From: the human T2T-CHM13v2.0 reference genome, Homo sapiens
Strand: one strand, 5' to 3'
DNA: 64,000 bases
Assembly (NCBI RefSeq): GCF_009914755.1
Contig: NC_060939.1
Shown: positions 40,051-53,574 of the stretch, in pieces
Layout of the letters: each line of letters opens with the position of its first letter
Numbering within the stretch: position 1 is the stretch's first letter
The notes under the pieces: generated by a model
The model's database searches: none
Told to the model about the DNA's origin: nothing
Seen by the model: only the letters and a program-made list of their open reading frames with translations
Made by a program: the position numbers and the translations under genes

Positions 40051-41054
40051 AAGATTCCTACATCTGCATTGCAAGGTTCAATCCAGGCCTTCCACACTCT
40101 CCAGATTCAGTTTTGTGCCTCAAGTTCTCACTGTTTGGTATTTCACATTGTCTGCTGCTACCTACTCAATACCTACTGTGTTGCCACCTTCCCCCACTCC
40201 CTAAGCTATTTCTACAGTGGAAAGATGAAACCAGAGAAGAGTCAGTAAACACTTTGCACCTGACCCTCCCTCCCTGCCACAACCACTGCTTTGTGCTACG
40301 CTGAGAAGCTCCCTGTCTCTGGCCTTGGTTGATAGCAGAAAACAGGGATAATGCAAAGTATTCCTGAGAAAAAGCACCAAAACCTTGTGCTCAAAAGTGG
40401 TGAACATGGCCAAGAGAAGGCCAGAATTCTTGAAGCAATGACAGGTGCAGCCTCTACAGGGGACCTCCATAGTGCTGGAGAGAATATTCAGCAGGGACAG
40501 GGATTCATTCCCTATTGAATCCATGGCAATCAAGCTCTGTGTCATATGTTCTTTCAATCAAGCCAAGGCCTTATGTCTTTTTGAGACTCTAAACACAAGT
40601 GAGATGGGGGACACCAGGATGAGGCAAGAAGAGATTGGCTGAGTCATTTGCAAACAAGAAGAAATTTGCTATATGATACAGGATAAAGTAGCAGGTGCTA
40701 AACAGGAAGTAATTGAGATCATTGAAGGGGAATACAAGCCAGACATTTTTTTTTCAAATTTTTTTCTATTTGATTCTGTGTAAATATTATAACTATAGTC
40801 TAGAATATCTTTCTAATGTTGATGAACTGACATATGGGGAGGGAAGAGAACTTTCTCATCAAAGGTGAGGAGAAGCCAAAGCCACAGAAGAGCGGCTCCA
40901 GCCCCTGGCTGCCCCAGGCTCAGGTGTCCAGCTGTGGACACTCACTCATGACTAAATGCTGCATATTTCCCGGAAACTCCAGGGCCCAATTTGGGTTGAT
41001 GAATCCCTTTGTTTTGATGGAGGGAACAAGGTGTTTTCATTTTTTCCTTTAAAA

Positions 41055-41700
<646 letters not shown>

Positions 41701-42301
41701 TTAATTTTTTCTTATCAATTTTTAATCAGTAAAGTAACTCACGCTTGTGGCAACTGAAACAAATGTTGATATTTATCGTTCCTTAAATGTCTATAGTTTT
41801 ATTTTCTTTAAAACAGGGTTATCTACACATATGACTCTACATCCTACTTTTTCCATTTAACTCCTGCAAGTCAATGCATACAGATCAAACTCTTTTTAAG
41901 TAGCTACATCCCAGTGTGTAGTGTGAACTTGATATTTTATTCCATTATTTCCAATTTAATGAATACTCCAATTATTTTCTGCTGTGTTGTGGTTTATTTG
42001 ATTTATGTCTTGGCTACTACACACATTACTGGATTAAGCATTTTTATAGATACATCCTTACACAAGGGACCTTTCTTTTCTGAAGAAAATCTACAAAAAT
42101 GGAATTGCTTGGAAATGGTGATGTGTTCTTTTTAAAATAGATATTACCAAATTACTTTCTGAAATTAGAAATCCAACCCCCACCAAAAGCAAAATACGAA
42201 AATGTCAGTCTTCCCACATCTTCATCAGTACTCCCCTTTTATTATGACTTTGGCTGTTTTCTAAAGAATTTGCACCCAGGGAAAAATAAGAAAGTGGGTT
42301 A

Positions 42302-42700
<399 letters not shown>

Positions 42701-42714
42701 TCAAGCGCATATTT

Positions 42715-43067
42715 TGTAGTGGACCCTATGATGCAGCCCCAGATCCTTTTTCCAAAACTAAAGACCTTGTCCCCCAGCTTCTGAAAGTGACATGGAGGCC
42801 AGCCCCAGCAGTCAGCCATTGGGGAGATGCCTCAGCTGCATGAAAAGTCCCCTCCTCAAGGTCAAGTCATATCCCTGCTTGATACAAGGGTATAAATGCC
42901 AGGTTCTCTGGTTTCAACTCAGGACAGTTCTGCAGGGTCACCCCATCTTTAGACCTGCCCATAGGGTCTATGCTACAGCTTCCCTGAGACTACCATGGTT
43001 GGACAGTCCCTAATAACCTTCCCACATGCTAGTCTCTGTCTCAGAGTCGGCTTCTCACACAACCCAG
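42715..43067 (+). mobile_element. LTR16A-like solo LTR
   Basis: CCCTAATAACC..TCTCTGTCTCAGAGTCGGCTTC..AACCCA 3' end. Confidence 0.6.
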
Positions 43068-43997
43068 AAATGAGATGCACATTTTAAAAGAAAGGAAGTC
43101 CCACACAGTACTCATTCGGAGTATCCAACTTATAGAATTCATGACATAAAGTTCTTTTGATTTTGGTGGGCTGATTCTCCCATCTGATGCCTCTGACAAA
43201 TGAAGACCCCACACGTGTATACCTCTATATTTACTAGATTATACCTTCCCAGAATAGTCGTGTTCATCACTATTGTAAAAGAAACTTGATAGTAGTAGGT
43301 AATTCACTAGAACTCTTTTTCATTTTTGCCAATCATTAGGTGAAAAATTGGTTTTCACAGTGTTCTTTTAATTGGCATTACCCCAACAGCTATGGGATGA
43401 GAACGTTTTTAAGTGTTTATTTTATTACCTGTTCATATACTTTTCCCATTTTTCCTTTTGTTTCACCTATAATTTTTCTAATTAATTGGTAATAAATGTT
43501 TGGATATATGTTGCTTTCTTGACTTTTTAAATGGTGACTTTCATCCCTTTTAACACATTATATGTTGGTTTTTCCAGAATTACTTTAGTTTTAGTTCTAA
43601 AAATCCATATATACAGAAGCATATAAAGAAGAAAGTAATAAAAAAATTTTTCTGCTTTGAAGTTCTTAATTTTTCCTTGCAATTCTTCCATTCTCAATTT
43701 TCATAATTCAGATAATCTTATTTCAAGCTTTACATATGGTTTTGAATTCTTGGTTTTTCACACAATATCCTATCATAAGCATTTCCCTGGCCCATTAAAA
43801 GCCTTAATAAACATATTTTAAATGTTATCATATGAAAAACTATTATTTAATTTAATCCCTTCAAAAGTGTCAGAAATGTGGGTCATTCCCAGTTTCTACC
43901 TATTATAAATAATATTATTATGAGCTTCATGTGCATAAATATATTTGCATTCCTAGTTGTTTCCTTACAATTCTCAAGAGTGAAATTAAGTTAAACC

Positions 43998-44953
43998 TAT
44001 TAAGAAAGTAAAGGAATAAAGAATGATTACTCCACAGGCAAAGCAGTGGCATACACCACTGTCACTCATTTTTATGATTATTTCTTGACTATATACAAAA
44101 CAAGGGGTGGATTACTCATGAGTTTTCTGGGACAGGGGCGGGCAATTCCTGGAACTAAGGGTTCCTCCCTATTTTAGACCATATAGGGTAACTTTCTGTC
44201 ATTGCCATGGCATTTGTAAACCGTCATGGTGCTGATGGGAGTGTATTTTAGCATGCTAATACATTATAATTGGCATATAATGAGCTGTGAGGATGACCAG
44301 AGGTCACTCCCATCACCATCTTGGTGTTGGTGGGCTTTGGCTGGCTTCTTTACTGCAAACTGTTTTATCAGAAAGGTCTTTAAGACCTTTATCTTGTACT
44401 AACCTCCTATCTCATCCTGTGACTTAGAATGCCTAGCCTCCTGGGAATGCAGCTTTGACCCACCCTCTATATGAGATGGAGTCACTCTGGTTCCACAGCC
44501 TCTGACATTTCCCCCTTCCCTTTTATAAGAGAACCCTTAACCCTAAGGGTTGTAGAGGGACAAAGATCCATCTTCTGTAACTTCTTCAGGCTGAATGGGG
44601 CGATCATATTCCTGCCTAACTGTTAGGGTCTCTTGTATTCAGGGTAGAGAAGAGCTCAGTCAGAAAGCATCAGTATGTCAAGGGCCACTCATAACTCAAG
44701 TTCTGATAAAAGATGATATCCAAAGTTGGCCAATCATTGCTGCAGTCTATTTCCTTTGGGTTGGAGGTCTCAGTATCATCCTTTCATGGTTCGCCAGAAA
44801 GATGTTATCAGAAAGGGGTCCAGATCCAGACCCCAAGAGAGGTCCTTGGATCTCACACAAGAAAAAATTTGAGGCGAATCCACAGAGTAAAGTGAAAGCA
44901 AGTTTATTAAGAAAGAAGGAATAAAGAATGGCTACTCCATAGACAGAGCAGCC
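43998..44953 (-). mobile_element. MER41B ERV1 element in RNA form: R-U5 (44803-44953), short internal part (44508-44802), U3-R (43998-44507)
   Basis: Minus-strand U3 starts TGTCAGAGGC..GAACCAGAGTGACTCCATCT; PBS TGGCGAACCATGAAAGGA (44779-44796); polypurine tract 44508-44520; R sequence duplicated at both ends. Confidence 0.85.
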
Positions 44954-45554
44954 AAAACATAGAAACATTTAAAGGCTTTTGTTAATATAGCTCAGCTTAT
45001 TTTGAGGACTCATTTGCAAACCAATGTTTTACATCTGAAAAGAAATAGTGCAGTGAAAGCATCACACTCAAGCTTGTCCAAGCTTTGGTGGTTGTGGTAG
45101 CAGTGGCTTGGGATATTCAATATAAACATATTACATTTACTGTCTATAAGCGACTATTTTGGGTACAAGAGGAATGTGAATAAGGGTGACAGGATCCTGG
45201 CCTCAAAGAGCAAAGGATCTGGGAGAAAGATGAACAATCACTGATCAGGTATGACACACAAAAAAATTCAAACAAATCCTTAACAAAATTTTAAGTCGGT
45301 ATGTGGAGGGGATACTGTGGTAAAACAAGGCAGTTGGGAAGATAACTTCTTATACTGTGGTCTCAAAAACCTCCTAAAGGGCAGTGGCGCCTTGTTTTTA
45401 TAATCAATACTAGCAGTACCGTACATTTATACCAAGTCTAGGATTTGGAAAGTGGTTTGAGGATTTTCCATAATTTCCTAGGTTTATGGGTTTTGCATCT
45501 TTGCTTTTATGATCTCCTGTTGGCCACCACTTGGTTTCCTTGTTACCAAGTCAC

Positions 45555-45720
45555 TGGCACGCAGCCGCCATATTTTTCCGGTAGAGTTTCATTTTACAGC
45601 AGCCCATTCTGCACCAGGGGCTTGAGGACTGCACTGTGTCTTCAAGGCGGGGGCCGCTTACATTCGTTGCTCTTTAGGCTGTTTGCTACTGGCCCCCGGA
45701 GGAGGCTCTAGGGGATGGAG
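45555..45720 (-). promoter_or_regulatory. Candidate small promoter/enhancer (GC box, ETS, YY1)
   Basis: Minus strand CCGGAAAAATATGGCGGC (45564-45581), GGCGGGGG at 45646-45653, locally retained CpGs; motif evidence only. Confidence 0.3.
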
Positions 45721-46278
45721 GGAGACCTGCCTTGCTGGCTTCCAGCAGCACACGCTTTTTCCCCTACTCAAAAGCTGAAGGGACCTTCAACACCACAACC
45801 AAACTTGAACAACTTAAAGACAGCGCTGTGTGACGGCCCTAGAGTCAGAAGTTCTGAATTTGACCTTGGTTTCACCACTTAGCAGCCATCTGATCTGGAC
45901 AACCTGCTTACACCTCTCACCTTTCTTTCCTCAACTGTAACACAGAGCCAAGAAGGATCATGGAAAGACAAAAAGATAATGGATAGGAAAACACTTAAAA
46001 AGAGGAAATTGTCTTTGAAATATCAACATTTATTATGTTTTTAAAAATCTAAATGAAAGATTTTGTAGTCCCTCCTCTCTGAACAAATTTTGATGTCCAC
46101 ACTAGGGGCAGTGGGGGACACTGATGTATTCTTTGTCAATTTTAAAATGCATGGTTTAAAGTGATGTGACAGAAGAACCATTTCTCGAGCTTCATTCTGT
46201 CCCTGGAGAGGCAGACTTTAGCTAGCTAAAAACACATTTGAGTGTGTGGCTAAGGTTTTAAAAGTTAAGGGGAAATAC

Positions 46279-46554
46279 GCCGGGGCACAGTGGCTCAAGC
46301 CTGCAATCCCAGCGCTCTGGGAAGCCGAGCAGGTGGGTCACCTGAAGTCAGGAGTTCGAGACCAGCCTGGCCAACACAGCGAAATCCCATCTCTACTAAA
46401 AATACAAAAAATTAGCCAGGCATGGTGGCATGCGCCTGCAGTCCCAGCTACTTGGGAGGCTGAGACCAAAGAATTGCCTGAACCCAAGAATCATGCCATT
46501 GCACTCCAGCCTGGGCAACAGAGTGAGACTCCATCTCAAAATAAATAAATAAAT
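46279..46554 (+). mobile_element. AluSx-like with a small right-arm deletion
   Basis: (TAAA)n tail; TSD AAGTTAA(G/A)GGGAAA at 46262-46275 and 46555-46568. Confidence 0.92.
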
Positions 46555-48293
46555 AAGTTAAAGGGAAACTTGGAAGGATAGCTAAGTGGGAAAGTTTCTT
46601 TAGGGTTTACAAGTTGATACCAGGCTTCTCTCCTTAACCACACAGACTTCCAAGCCATCGGCAATTATCTTCCACTCCTTGGTCTATAAAAGGGGCATTC
46701 AGGGAGTAGATATTGACATGGTTGGCGGAGGATCAGATACTCAGCCAGGCTTCTGGACAAATGAAGTTCAAAGGATGTGCCAGCAAAGATTTTCAAATAA
46801 GAGCTTCTACTTTGTGAGCCTGAGAAGAAACCCGCAGACTTGTTGTTTTATCCCACTTTCACTGGATAGAAAAAACACACATAAAACATACACTTCCTAC
46901 ACACCAAGAGAAGGAATTATTACCCCCAAGTGATTTAGTTAGGCACACCTGGAAGCCAACTCAAAGAGACTACATTTTCATCCAGAGAAGCTCAGGGAAG
47001 AGAGAAAAGGGACTAGAACATGCTCCCCAATCCATCTCCCGACCCCGTTGCCACCCAGCCATGTCATCTGTTCCACCACAGTCCCTGAGAGCAAGACCGA
47101 GGCTTCCATCCCCACCCCTCCCTCTCCATCCCCACACACATGCCCTGGGCCAGGCTAAGGAGGCGTTGCATGGATCGGCCTCCCTGGCTGTTCACCCCAC
47201 TCCACTCCCCATCTGCCTTCAAGGATCCTCCCCTGAGCTTAGCAACCTCTGGAGACCCCTACCTGTTCAAGAGTGAAGCCCAGGTCCCCACATCTAATGT
47301 CTTCCAAGCACTCCCACCCGCCACTAGGCAGTGCCCAGCCCCCAGCTTTGCTCTCCCCGGGGGCTTCCTCTCACAGCTCTTTCCTACAGATCCTCTTTCT
47401 ACCTGCAGCCCTGAGATCCCCACACCTGCCTGCACTTGAAAGAGGGTCCAGGCAATTCCCAGGACGCCCTATATATAACTCAGCTCCTGCTCTGTGAATT
47501 CACAGCCCTGGTCATGCGGAGCATGCGGAGCCCTGCCTGCTCCCCGCCCAAAAGAAGTGGTATTTTTAGAGGGACTGCAGAGTGAAAAGGGTCAGCACAA
47601 GCTGCAGTGGCAAATCCATTGAGTAAAAACACTTAAGTGGAAAATAATAATAATGATGAGAGCTAGTGCTTTCAAAGGCGCCTTCCTATTTGCATGTGCT
47701 TTCACATCCATCATCCCTCTGACTCAACATCATTCAGTGGGGAAAGGAAGCAGGTGTTCGCTCCATTTTACAGACAAGAAATATAAAGCTGGAGGAAGTT
47801 AAGCGCCTGTGGCAGAACCCAAAACTTGGGGGTTGTTAGTGCTCAAGGCCTCCTTAGCTTCTGGCAATGAAGAGCGAGCACTGGTGAGAGCAGGGAGTTT
47901 GAGCCCACCCTGCTGGCCTCCTTTCAGGTTCCAGGCCACCCTGCCCAGCACAGTCAGCCAGCAAAGACAGCGGGCCCACCTGCAAGAGACAGCGCAAGAC
48001 TCACCCCTCAGCAAACGGGAGCGTGTTGTAAAACAGAATGTCCCAGAGAACAATGTGGAGGCTGGCATCCTGATTAGAGACTCCTACGGAGTGAGGCCTG
48101 GCTACCACTAACAACAAACCATAAAAGCCGAGCCGCAAGAGTTATGACCCTCCATCCTCCAGGAAAGCAATAAAATCACGCTCCACATCCTCTGAACTGG
48201 GCACAAATGGATGGCCGGTATTGATTATAGACAAAACAAATCAGCCACATACCTTCCCTGCAGCATTTCCCTCCTCCTCTCCCTGACACCCTA

Positions 48294-48795
<502 letters not shown>

Positions 48796-49215
48796 AAGGA
48801 AGGAGGGGAGCTAGGGAGGACACCCCTCCAGCTCTTCACCTTAGGCGCAGCACCTCTCTCCCTCAGGCTGCACCCCCTCTGGCAGATAGAGGTGGGGGTC
48901 AGGGGCTCTGACACTGCCCAACCTCACAGGAACAAGAAGGGGATTTCCTCTGCATCCCACATGAGCCGGAATGTGGGGGCCCACTTTTCAGGGCCATCTG
49001 ACTGTTTTCTCCTTCTATTTCTAGCTCCAAAGCTTCGCTGTCTTCTTAGGAACTCACTTCTCCTCCTAGGAAGAGAAAGGTGGGCAACTCTTACGGAGTA
49101 TTCATCAAAGGAAAAGGGCCCTAAGATGGGAAGGAGACTCCAATATCACAGTACTCCTGCAAACACTGACTCATCTCTCCTGAGGTAGCCCTAAGGAGCA
49201 AATGGAAAAACTAGA

Positions 49216-49329
49216 ATTAGGATTAGGGTTAGGACTGCTATGGGTATTTGAGGTAGAATTGGTATTGGCATTAGTATTTGGATTCATATTAGTATTTGTA
49301 TCCATATTGGTATTAGTATGAGTCTTAGC
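49216..49329. repeat. Degenerate hexamer array (ATTRGN)19, telomere-like at its left end
   Basis: 19 in-phase 6-mers without indels; includes TTAGGA-TTAGGG-TTAGGA. Confidence 0.75.
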
Positions 49330-50671
49330 ACTTTATAAGGACAAATAGTGGGTATCACTAACAGCTAGGAAGTCCAGTGCTGTCCCATCTTGTACTCTAC
49401 TCTCCATACAGACTGGAGATTGTCTGTGGCAGTAAGCACAAGCATGAAGGCTCTTGAGTTCTGTTTAACCCAGGGCCAGCATGGGATGGCAGTGCACCCT
49501 CCTGGGGCCCCAAGAGGAGAATGGTACAAGCCAGGTCTTAAGCACAGCTCCCAAAACTTGCGTCAGGTCAGGGTTACAGCAAGACAGTGGGAAATATGTC
49601 CAGATATGAGGACAGGAGGCCAGAGTCAATTCTGAATGACATCATAGGATATGATAAGGATTTTTCCTACAAAAATGAGTCACCATTCAGGTCCTGGAAG
49701 CTCTCTTAAGTCCCAGGATCCAGGGCCAGGACCCTTTCTCTTGCCCCCACTGCACTACCCCTCACCTGCATGCACACACACACACACAACCACACACATT
49801 CTGCAGTGAGCCTCAGTCACCTAACATCACTCTATTGCTTTGAGAACATTCGCAGAGCAGGAAGTCAAGCTTGTTAACTTAGCCAGGGTGAGCTTGAGGC
49901 TTGTTCCACAGGCGTCTGTCCCAGGCTGGCTGGTAATACCTCATTCACGGAGACTCTACACCACCTCAGCACTTTTTTGTGACAAGAAACCAAAGCTTCC
50001 AGGCTTCCCAAAGCATCAACAGGCCTGCTCTTTATGGGGCCCTTTAGCCTGTGATCAGCCCCGAAGTGCAGAGGTCTTTTGTGGGTAACAGGGCCCAACG
50101 TACCTTAGTCACCTTCAGTATCAGATGTCCTCCCAGGAAGGGCCAGCACCTCCCATCCAATCTTACTCTCACCTCACATCATGCATGGGAGGCCTTAGTA
50201 TGAGACTTCACATCTCTGGGACTTTCCACCGCAGGAGGCCAATCCAAAGCCAAGGGTTTCCTTCTTTCATGTTATTTCATGACATAAAAGAAATCACCCA
50301 CCCAGCGAGCTAGAGTCTGAAAAATCTGCATATTCCCCTACATTAGCATCCCTTTGATCTGTAAGGATGCAGAGGGAGGCATACCGCACTAGACTGTGGC
50401 AGCAGCTTCATCCTTTCCAGTTCATTTCCTACTTCCTGCTTTGTGGGCATAGATTCTCACACATACCTGGAAACCAGGTAAGCATCTGGACCAGTGAAAT
50501 ATGTGACTTCTGGAAGCCCATTAGCAATCAAGCTCTGGTATTAGAGTTAAACCTTTGATAACACAAACAAAGCTGCTTGTGCTTCTATTTCACAGCACTG
50601 GAAAGAGTTCTACAATTTCCCAACAAATGATATCTGAAAGCATCATTTTACAGGTGAGAAAATGTAGGGAT

Positions 50672-50855
50672 TCATTTCTCAAAGTACAATCCTCTGGCCA
50701 GTGGCATCAGTACAACCTGTGGGCAGATTCTTTCGATTGCTCCACCCCAGGTTAGCTGAAGCTGGATTCGCAGTGGAAAGGCCTAGGAATCTGCATTTTA
50801 AACACACTCCATCCCCGCCCCTAGGCAATCTGTACACCTGACAATGGTCTAGAAG
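50672..50855. mobile_element. MER5A hAT MITE
   Basis: TTTCTCAAAGT..GCATCAG..GGCCTAGGAATCTGCATTTTAAAC. Confidence 0.7.
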
Positions 50856-51462
50856 TATAGCTGGCTCATACAGTTCTGAGACCATAACCACCACAATATT
50901 GAGGAGACATCAATCTGGATAGCCTCAGAGGCTCTTTTCCTCTCCACTTTGAAGCTTAGCAAGGAGCTAGAGCAGCAGGTCTGTGCTAACCAAGAAAAGA
51001 CTCTCTGTTCCTGGTCACAGAGCCCCAGAGGTGCCACTTCCTCAACCAGGGAGCCCCACTGATCCACAGAGGTCCCTTGCCCTTCAGTCCCCAACACAGG
51101 CAATGAACATCGTGCTACTGGAGCTCTTTCCATGGTGTATAGTCCTGCAAGGTCCAGCCCAGACAGGCCTCTCATTTTATTCCTTCAGCAAACATATATC
51201 GAAGGAGCTCTGTGCCAGGCATCGTGCTAGGTACCAGCAACATGATGAAAAAATGGAATGGCATCCAAAAGTGGGGCTCAGTATAGAAGAGCCTGAGAAT
51301 TGCTTCTCTAGCCCATGGATTAGAGATTAGGTTGGAAAAGGCTTCAGAATTGGGAAACTCCCAGACAGGAGATGGAAAAGGAAAGAGCTCCTCTCAGGAT
51401 GGCCCTGAAGGGAATATCAGGGAACACAGCCTTAAAAGGGTCTTAAAACCCTGTCCTGGCTA

Positions 51463-51514
51463 ATGACCGTCTGTATGGCCTCAGTCTCATGACCGTCTGT
51501 ATGGCCTCAGTCTC
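51463..51514. repeat. Perfect 26-bp tandem duplication
   Basis: ATGACCGTCTGTATGGCCTCAGTCTC twice. Confidence 0.97.
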
Positions 51515-51688
51515 GGGAAATTGCAGGGGGAATGGTAGCCAACTTGGAAGTGCAATCATGTCCACTTTCCTGCTGTCTTGCCAGCCGCACAGCAGCCATT
51601 TAAGACGCAGAATTTCTTTTTGCAGCACATCTTCCCTAAAGTCTGAGTCAGCCTCACCCACATCTATACAACTGCATCAAGCTTTCTG

Positions 51689-51691
<3 letters not shown>

Positions 51692-51735
<44 letters not shown>
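51692..51735. repeat. (AC)22 microsatellite
   Basis: Seen directly. Confidence 0.97.
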
Positions 51736-51738
<3 letters not shown>

Positions 51739-51999
51739 CGAGTAACCCAGAGCCCGCTGCTGCTGCTGTGACCAGGGACTTCCGCACAGAGCTCCATTCC
51801 TCCTCCTCCCCCAGTCTCATGTCCATCCTTACGCCCCCACTGGGGGAGTTAGATTTCTGCCTAACATGACCGCTCTGGCACTGCACCTCTCCAGGGTCTA
51901 GAGATCTATCCCCAAGCTACTAGTTGACGTCTGCTCCAAGGGGACTCTGGCACCGGCTGTGTGCCTGGTTCCCTCTGCTGTCCTGGCTACTGATGAGAG

Positions 52000-52220
52000 C
52001 AAGGGCTGGAGACTCAGACAGGCCTGAGCTACAACCCACATCTACCACTTACTAGCTGTGTTACCTTGGGCAATTTTCCTAATCTCTCTAAACCTCAGTT
52101 TCCACTCTGTGACTTAAGAAAAATGAGACCTACCTTGCAGGTTACATTGTAGATTAGAGATGATCTTCATAACACCAAATATCACAGCTACATACCAGGT
52201 GCTGACTACATGATGGCTAT
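52000..52220 (+). mobile_element. MIR SINE
   Basis: CTACCACTTACTAGCTGTGTTACCTTGGGCAA..CTCTCTAAACCTCAGTTTCC. Confidence 0.85.
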
Positions 52221-52406
52221 TGGTTTGTGTCCTCTGGCTCAAATAACCTCTCTATATCCCCCCAAAGGATCCAGGCATTGAGCTAAATACTCCTTAAGCC
52301 CCTACTCTGTGCCAGGCACTTTTCCAGGCACTGAAAATATGCCATGAACAACACACAATTCCTGTCTTCATGAAACTTAGATCCATAATAAAAGAGATAA
52401 AGTGCT

Positions 52407-52855
52407 TGTACTCATTCGCTAGGACTGCCATGACAAAGCATCATAAGTTAGGTGAGCTTAATGACAGAAATTTACTGTCCCCCAGTTATGGAAGCTAGAA
52501 ATGTGAGAACAATGTGCCGGCAGGGTTGGTTTCCTCTGAGGGCTGTGAGGGAGAACCTGTTCCCTGCCTCTCTCCTGGTTTCTGTAATGACTGGCATTCT
52601 TTGCCTTATAGATGCATCTCCCTATCTCTGCCTCCATCTTCACGTGGTGTTTTCCCTGTGTGCATGTCTGTTTCTGTGTCCAAATTTGCCCTTTCAGAAG
52701 GACACCAGTCATACTGGATTAGGGTCCATCCTAATGAACTCATTTTAACTTGATTACTTCCATGAAGATTCTATTTCCTAATGAAGTCACATTCTGAGTT
52801 ACTGGTATTTCTATTTCAACATCCCTTTCCAGGAGGAAAAAATTCAATCTATAAT
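52407..52855 (-). mobile_element. MLT1C/B MaLR solo LTR
   Basis: CTAGGACTGCCATGACAAAG..AAGGACACCAGTCATACTGGATTAGGG..GTCACATTCTGAG. Confidence 0.85.
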
Positions 52856-53574
52856 GGTGCCCCTTTCTGTCCACTTACTCAGTCTCATTTGATTTGTGAG
52901 TTGAGTTGATTCCACACAGGAATCCTTCTAAGCCACCTTAATCTCCTAGAATTGGACATATCCAGCAAGTTCAGTTCACGCTATCTCCAAGAACCATCTC
53001 TGTCTCTCTTTCATCTGCTCTCAAGAAGGTAAAAGACCCCAACATGGACCTTTCCCTGTCTCAAAAGAGGGACTACATGACCTCCCACAGGGGCTCAGGC
53101 CATAGCCCAAGCTCCTCTTCCAGGGTCTCCAGCTCAAGCCACCTGCCCACCACACATGGTGCCTGATGCATGTGCCCTTGCCCCAGGCTCTAGATAAACG
53201 GTTTTACTCCCTGCACCCCATATTTCCTCTTACTCAGTCATCTTATATAAATGGAAAAATCATCTCTTTGTGAAATTGACTATCTCCTGCAGCTTAACTT
53301 GGAAGAATGTTTACATATTTGGCCCCAGGGAATCATAAACATCTTGCGGCGTATGTTAACAGTTACTACATGACACCATTCATTTTTACGATCTCAAATT
53401 ACTAAGTGTTCCCACCAGGATTCTCCTCCAGTGGTTAAAAGACTGATGGGCTCAGTTTTCCTCATCAGGCCTCAGAGAAATGACATCATTGGTTCTGGCT
53501 TCTCCCCTTCAGAAAAAAAAACATCTCATAATGGGAAAAAGCAGAGGAACCAGCCACCAGGAGCAAGTCTTGTT

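Noticed and set aside
46095-46115. CTCF-like CACTAGGGGCAG
   Set aside because: Spacing deviates from the core motif; not supportable from sequence alone.
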